A stretch of 64,000 nucleotides of DNA from an uncultured Lentimicrobium sp. (GTDB taxonomy: Bacteria > Bacteroidota > Bacteroidia > Bacteroidales > Lentimicrobiaceae): the NCBI GenBank assembly GCA_964503805.1, contig CAZDBX010000001.1, positions 7,456-71,455 of the forward strand. The letters are read 5' to 3'. The notes under the pieces are model-generated. The model was not told where the DNA came from. It was given only the letters and a program-made list of their open reading frames with translations, and ran no database searches. Shown in pieces: positions 61,623 through 64,000 of this stretch (within the stretch, counting starts at the first letter, position 1; the number at the start of each line of letters is the position of its first letter). The position numbers were made by a program, and so were the translations under genes.

Positions 61623-61716
61623 TCAGATTTAAATCAAATTATTACAATGGTAAGGTATGCAAAAGTAAAAAAAAACCGGTCAGGATTACCTGTGTGACTT
61701 TGCCGGATATCAAAAT

Positions 61717-61747
61717 GAGAAAAGCCGGGAAGTCCCCGGCTCTCTCT
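61717..61747 (-). terminator. Probable terminator of the flavodoxin gene
   Basis: AGCCGGG/CCCGGCT stem followed by TTTCTC on the minus strand. Confidence 0.6.
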
Positions 61748-61812
61748 ATATCTAATTACGGGCAGAAAGAATGGCTATTGTGAAGCGACCCTGAAACTTC
61801 CTGATCACCAGT

Positions 61813-62325
61813 TTAATTGAGCTGAAATTCCTCGCGAAGCTGGCTCACCCATTTTGAAATCCGTTCCTCGGTAAGTTCAGGTTGACTGTCTTCGTCAAGG
61901 GCCAGGCCAACAAATTTGCCATCTTTTTCGGCTGTTGAGAAATAATACGAATATCCCTTGGTAGGCCAGTAACCGACCACGTTTTCCTTGAACGGCAAAC
62001 GGCAAAAGACGGTTCCCATTCCATCCACAAAACTCTCAGGGTATTCTACCTGGTCGCCGAGGCCAAAAATAGCAATCTTTTTATCTTCAATTTTCGCTTC
62101 AGTCAGCACATCGATAAAGCGTTCCCAGTCCTGATGCATCTCCCCAATGCCCCAGGCAGAAGTACCCAGGATCAGGTAATCGTACTTTTCAAGGTCTTCA
62201 CGTGTGGCTGAACTAACATTATGGTATTCAACCTGGCCTTTACCAAAGTTTTTTCCAATATACTGGGCAGCTTTATGCGTACTCCCTTTGGGGCTTCCCC
62301 CATAAAAAATTCCAATTTTTCCCAT
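61813..62325 (-). CDS. fldA: Long-chain flavodoxin
   Basis: IGIFYG...GST, LGTSAWGIGE, FGLGDQ..Y.ESFVDGMG, FVGLALDEDSQPELTEERI. Confidence 0.9.
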   Translation of the reverse strand: MGKIGIFYGGSPKGSTHKAAQYIGKNFGKGQVEYHNVSSATREDLEKYDYLILGTSAWGIGEMHQDWERFIDVLTEAKIEDKKIAIFGLGDQVEYPESFVDGMGTVFCRLPFKENVVGYWPTKGYSYYFSTAEKDGKFVGLALDEDSQPELTEERISKWVSQLREEFQLN

Positions 62326-62816
62326 TTGATCACTCCTTGTCGTTAAGAAGGAAACTTATTAGCGGGCGCAAATATAATCGTGAACAATCATTAATGCAAA
62401 TCTGAACATAAGAACCATTTGCTTTGCATCTATTTGACATCCAGCATATTGAATTAGTGTTAATTGTACAACTAGTCCCTGCTCAGATAGTTAGCATCCT
62501 TTAAACCTCTGAAAGAAAAATTTGTTCAATCAGTGCAGCCGGTTTATAATCAGGCATTTTGGTTTGAGCGACAGAAAGAATTATTAAAGATATCAAAATC
62601 AGCAGCCCGGCAGATTTCCGGAAACACGTTGCCAATAACCCCCGGTCCGGCAGCATGATGGAATCGGGATATCCCGGTGATTCCATCAACATTCGTCATG
62701 ATCAGAAGCAACTTCCGCAAAAGGATATGATACATATCAAAACCTTTTCTACTTTTGTGCTTCTTTTGCAGCCAACCAATTACCGGAAAATTTGTTAATT
62801 GTATAAATCCTTCAGC

Positions 62817-63344
62817 ATGAGAAAATCATTAACCCTAATCCCCGCATTGCTGTTTATGGTGTTCAACCTGAGTGCACAGGAAAACCAACGGGTAAACGAT
62901 GAAAAATCGGGCAGGGAAATCCTTATCGGAACCGTTACCCGCGAAGGCCTTGCCGGGATGGGCGACTGGTTTTTTGAGGAATATAACCAGTATCAACCGG
63001 ACACCATGGTGGTGGAGCATTTAACGTTTCACAGCAAGGATTATCCATGGGTATTTATAGCCCTTGGCACGTGGTGCAGCGACAGCCGGGAGCAGGTGCC
63101 GCGTTTTATGAAAATTCTTGACCAGCTTGAATATCCTGCCGACAGGATTTTCATGGTTGCAGTTGACAGGGATAAAAAGGCAAAGGAATTCTGCATAGGC
63201 GATTACGACATTCAGCTTGTCCCGACCTTTATTTTTACAAGGGAGGGCGAAGAGATCGGCCGGATCATTGAAACTCCTGTTGAATCGCTTGAACGCGATT
63301 TTATGAACATCCTCAACGGCAGGGCTGCTGCCCCGCGCAATTGA
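62817..63344 (+). CDS. Exported thioredoxin-fold protein (CxxS)
   Basis: Signal peptide from ATG 62817; GTWCSDS, VPTFIF, EIGRIIE. Confidence 0.8.
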   Translation: MRKSLTLIPALLFMVFNLSAQENQRVNDEKSGREILIGTVTREGLAGMGDWFFEEYNQYQPDTMVVEHLTFHSKDYPWVFIALGTWCSDSREQVPRFMKILDQLEYPADRIFMVAVDRDKKAKEFCIGDYDIQLVPTFIFTREGEEIGRIIETPVESLERDFMNILNGRAAAPRN

Positions 63345-63369
63345 TTCAGGGCCGAACAATAATATCAGG

Positions 63370-64000
63370 ATGGAACTTTTTAACACAATCCGGGAAACCC
63401 GCGGTTTCGCAGGATCATTGAGGGAAAACGGGCTTAAAATAGGCTTTGTCCCTACCATGGGAGCCCTGCATGAAGGACATCTGTCGCTGGTGCGAAAAGC
63501 CGCATCGGAAAATGATGCCGTGCTGGTGAGCATTTTTGTAAATCCGATACAGTTCAACAATCCGGAAGACCTTAAAAAATACCCCAGAAACCTGGAACAG
63601 GACCTCAGGCTTCTGGAACCGGAAGGCTGTACCGCCGTATTTGCGCCTGAAGTATCGGAAATGTACACAGGAGAAGAGCAAAAGCAGTTTGATTTCGGCC
63701 CCCTCGCCCTGGTGATGGAAGGCGCCTTCAGGCCCGGACATTTTAACGGCGTTGCCGTGGTTGTCGACAAGTTGTTCAACATTGCCGTGCCTCACCGCGC
63801 CTATTTCGGGGAAAAAGATTACCAGCAGCTGCAGATTATCAAAGAACTCGCCAGAATGGAGCATCCAGGCATTGAAATTGTCCCCTGCCCCATCAGCCGG
63901 GAATCCGACGGCCTGGCGCGCAGCTCGCGGAATGAAAGGCTAACAGCCGAAATGCGAAAAGCCGCACCCTATATCCACCTGGTGCTGGAAGAAGCGAAAA
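63370..64000 (+). CDS. panC: Pantoate--beta-alanine ligase (3' end runs off the window; not in the ORF track)
   Basis: Manual translation: MELFNTIRE...GFVPTMGALHEGHLSL...VSIFVNPIQF...YPR...RPGHFNGV...YFGEKDYQQL...RESDGLARSSRN. Confidence 0.93.
   Translation, partial: MELFNTIRETRGFAGSLRENGLKIGFVPTMGALHEGHLSLVRKAASENDAVLVSIFVNPIQFNNPEDLKKYPRNLEQDLRLLEPEGCTAVFAPEVSEMYTGEEQKQFDFGPLALVMEGAFRPGHFNGVAVVVDKLFNIAVPHRAYFGEKDYQQLQIIKELARMEHPGIEIVPCPISRESDGLARSSRNERLTAEMRKAAPYIHLVLEEAK

Overview
A 64 kb stretch of core chromosome from a Bacteroidota bacterium, most likely Bacteroidales. The evidence is a SusC/SusD pair, a T9SS type B C-terminal domain, many TAnnTTTG -7 promoter elements, and the spoT-fur-purA and hemD-rnpA-yidD-S41 gene orders. 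It holds about 55 CDSs, mostly housekeeping (ettA, hisS, hutH, rocD, purA, relA/spoT, gap, lepA, yebC-like, pta/ackA, hemD, rnpA, cdd, panC). I saw no rRNA, tRNA, IS element, integrase or CRISPR array. The best candidate for an undescribed system is at 8971-11021. A SatD-family protein keeps the motifs of class III nucleotidyl cyclases (D12, D57, RIGIxxG, NxxxR) and carries a C-terminal HTH. It is followed by three palindromes ATAG(C/T)C-N6-GGCTAT at an exact 29-bp period, then a DUF3307 membrane protein translationally coupled to a cupin. Other strong leads are a promoter/leader-peptide/terminator/antiterminator attenuator in front of a MATE pump, an ECF sigma promoter motif repeated before the sigma gene and a target gene, a second atypical MIO ammonia-lyase next to hutH, and a degenerate 3-hydroxyacyl-CoA dehydrogenase inside the pta-ackA operon. 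All family calls come from motif recognition by eye; no database searches were run.
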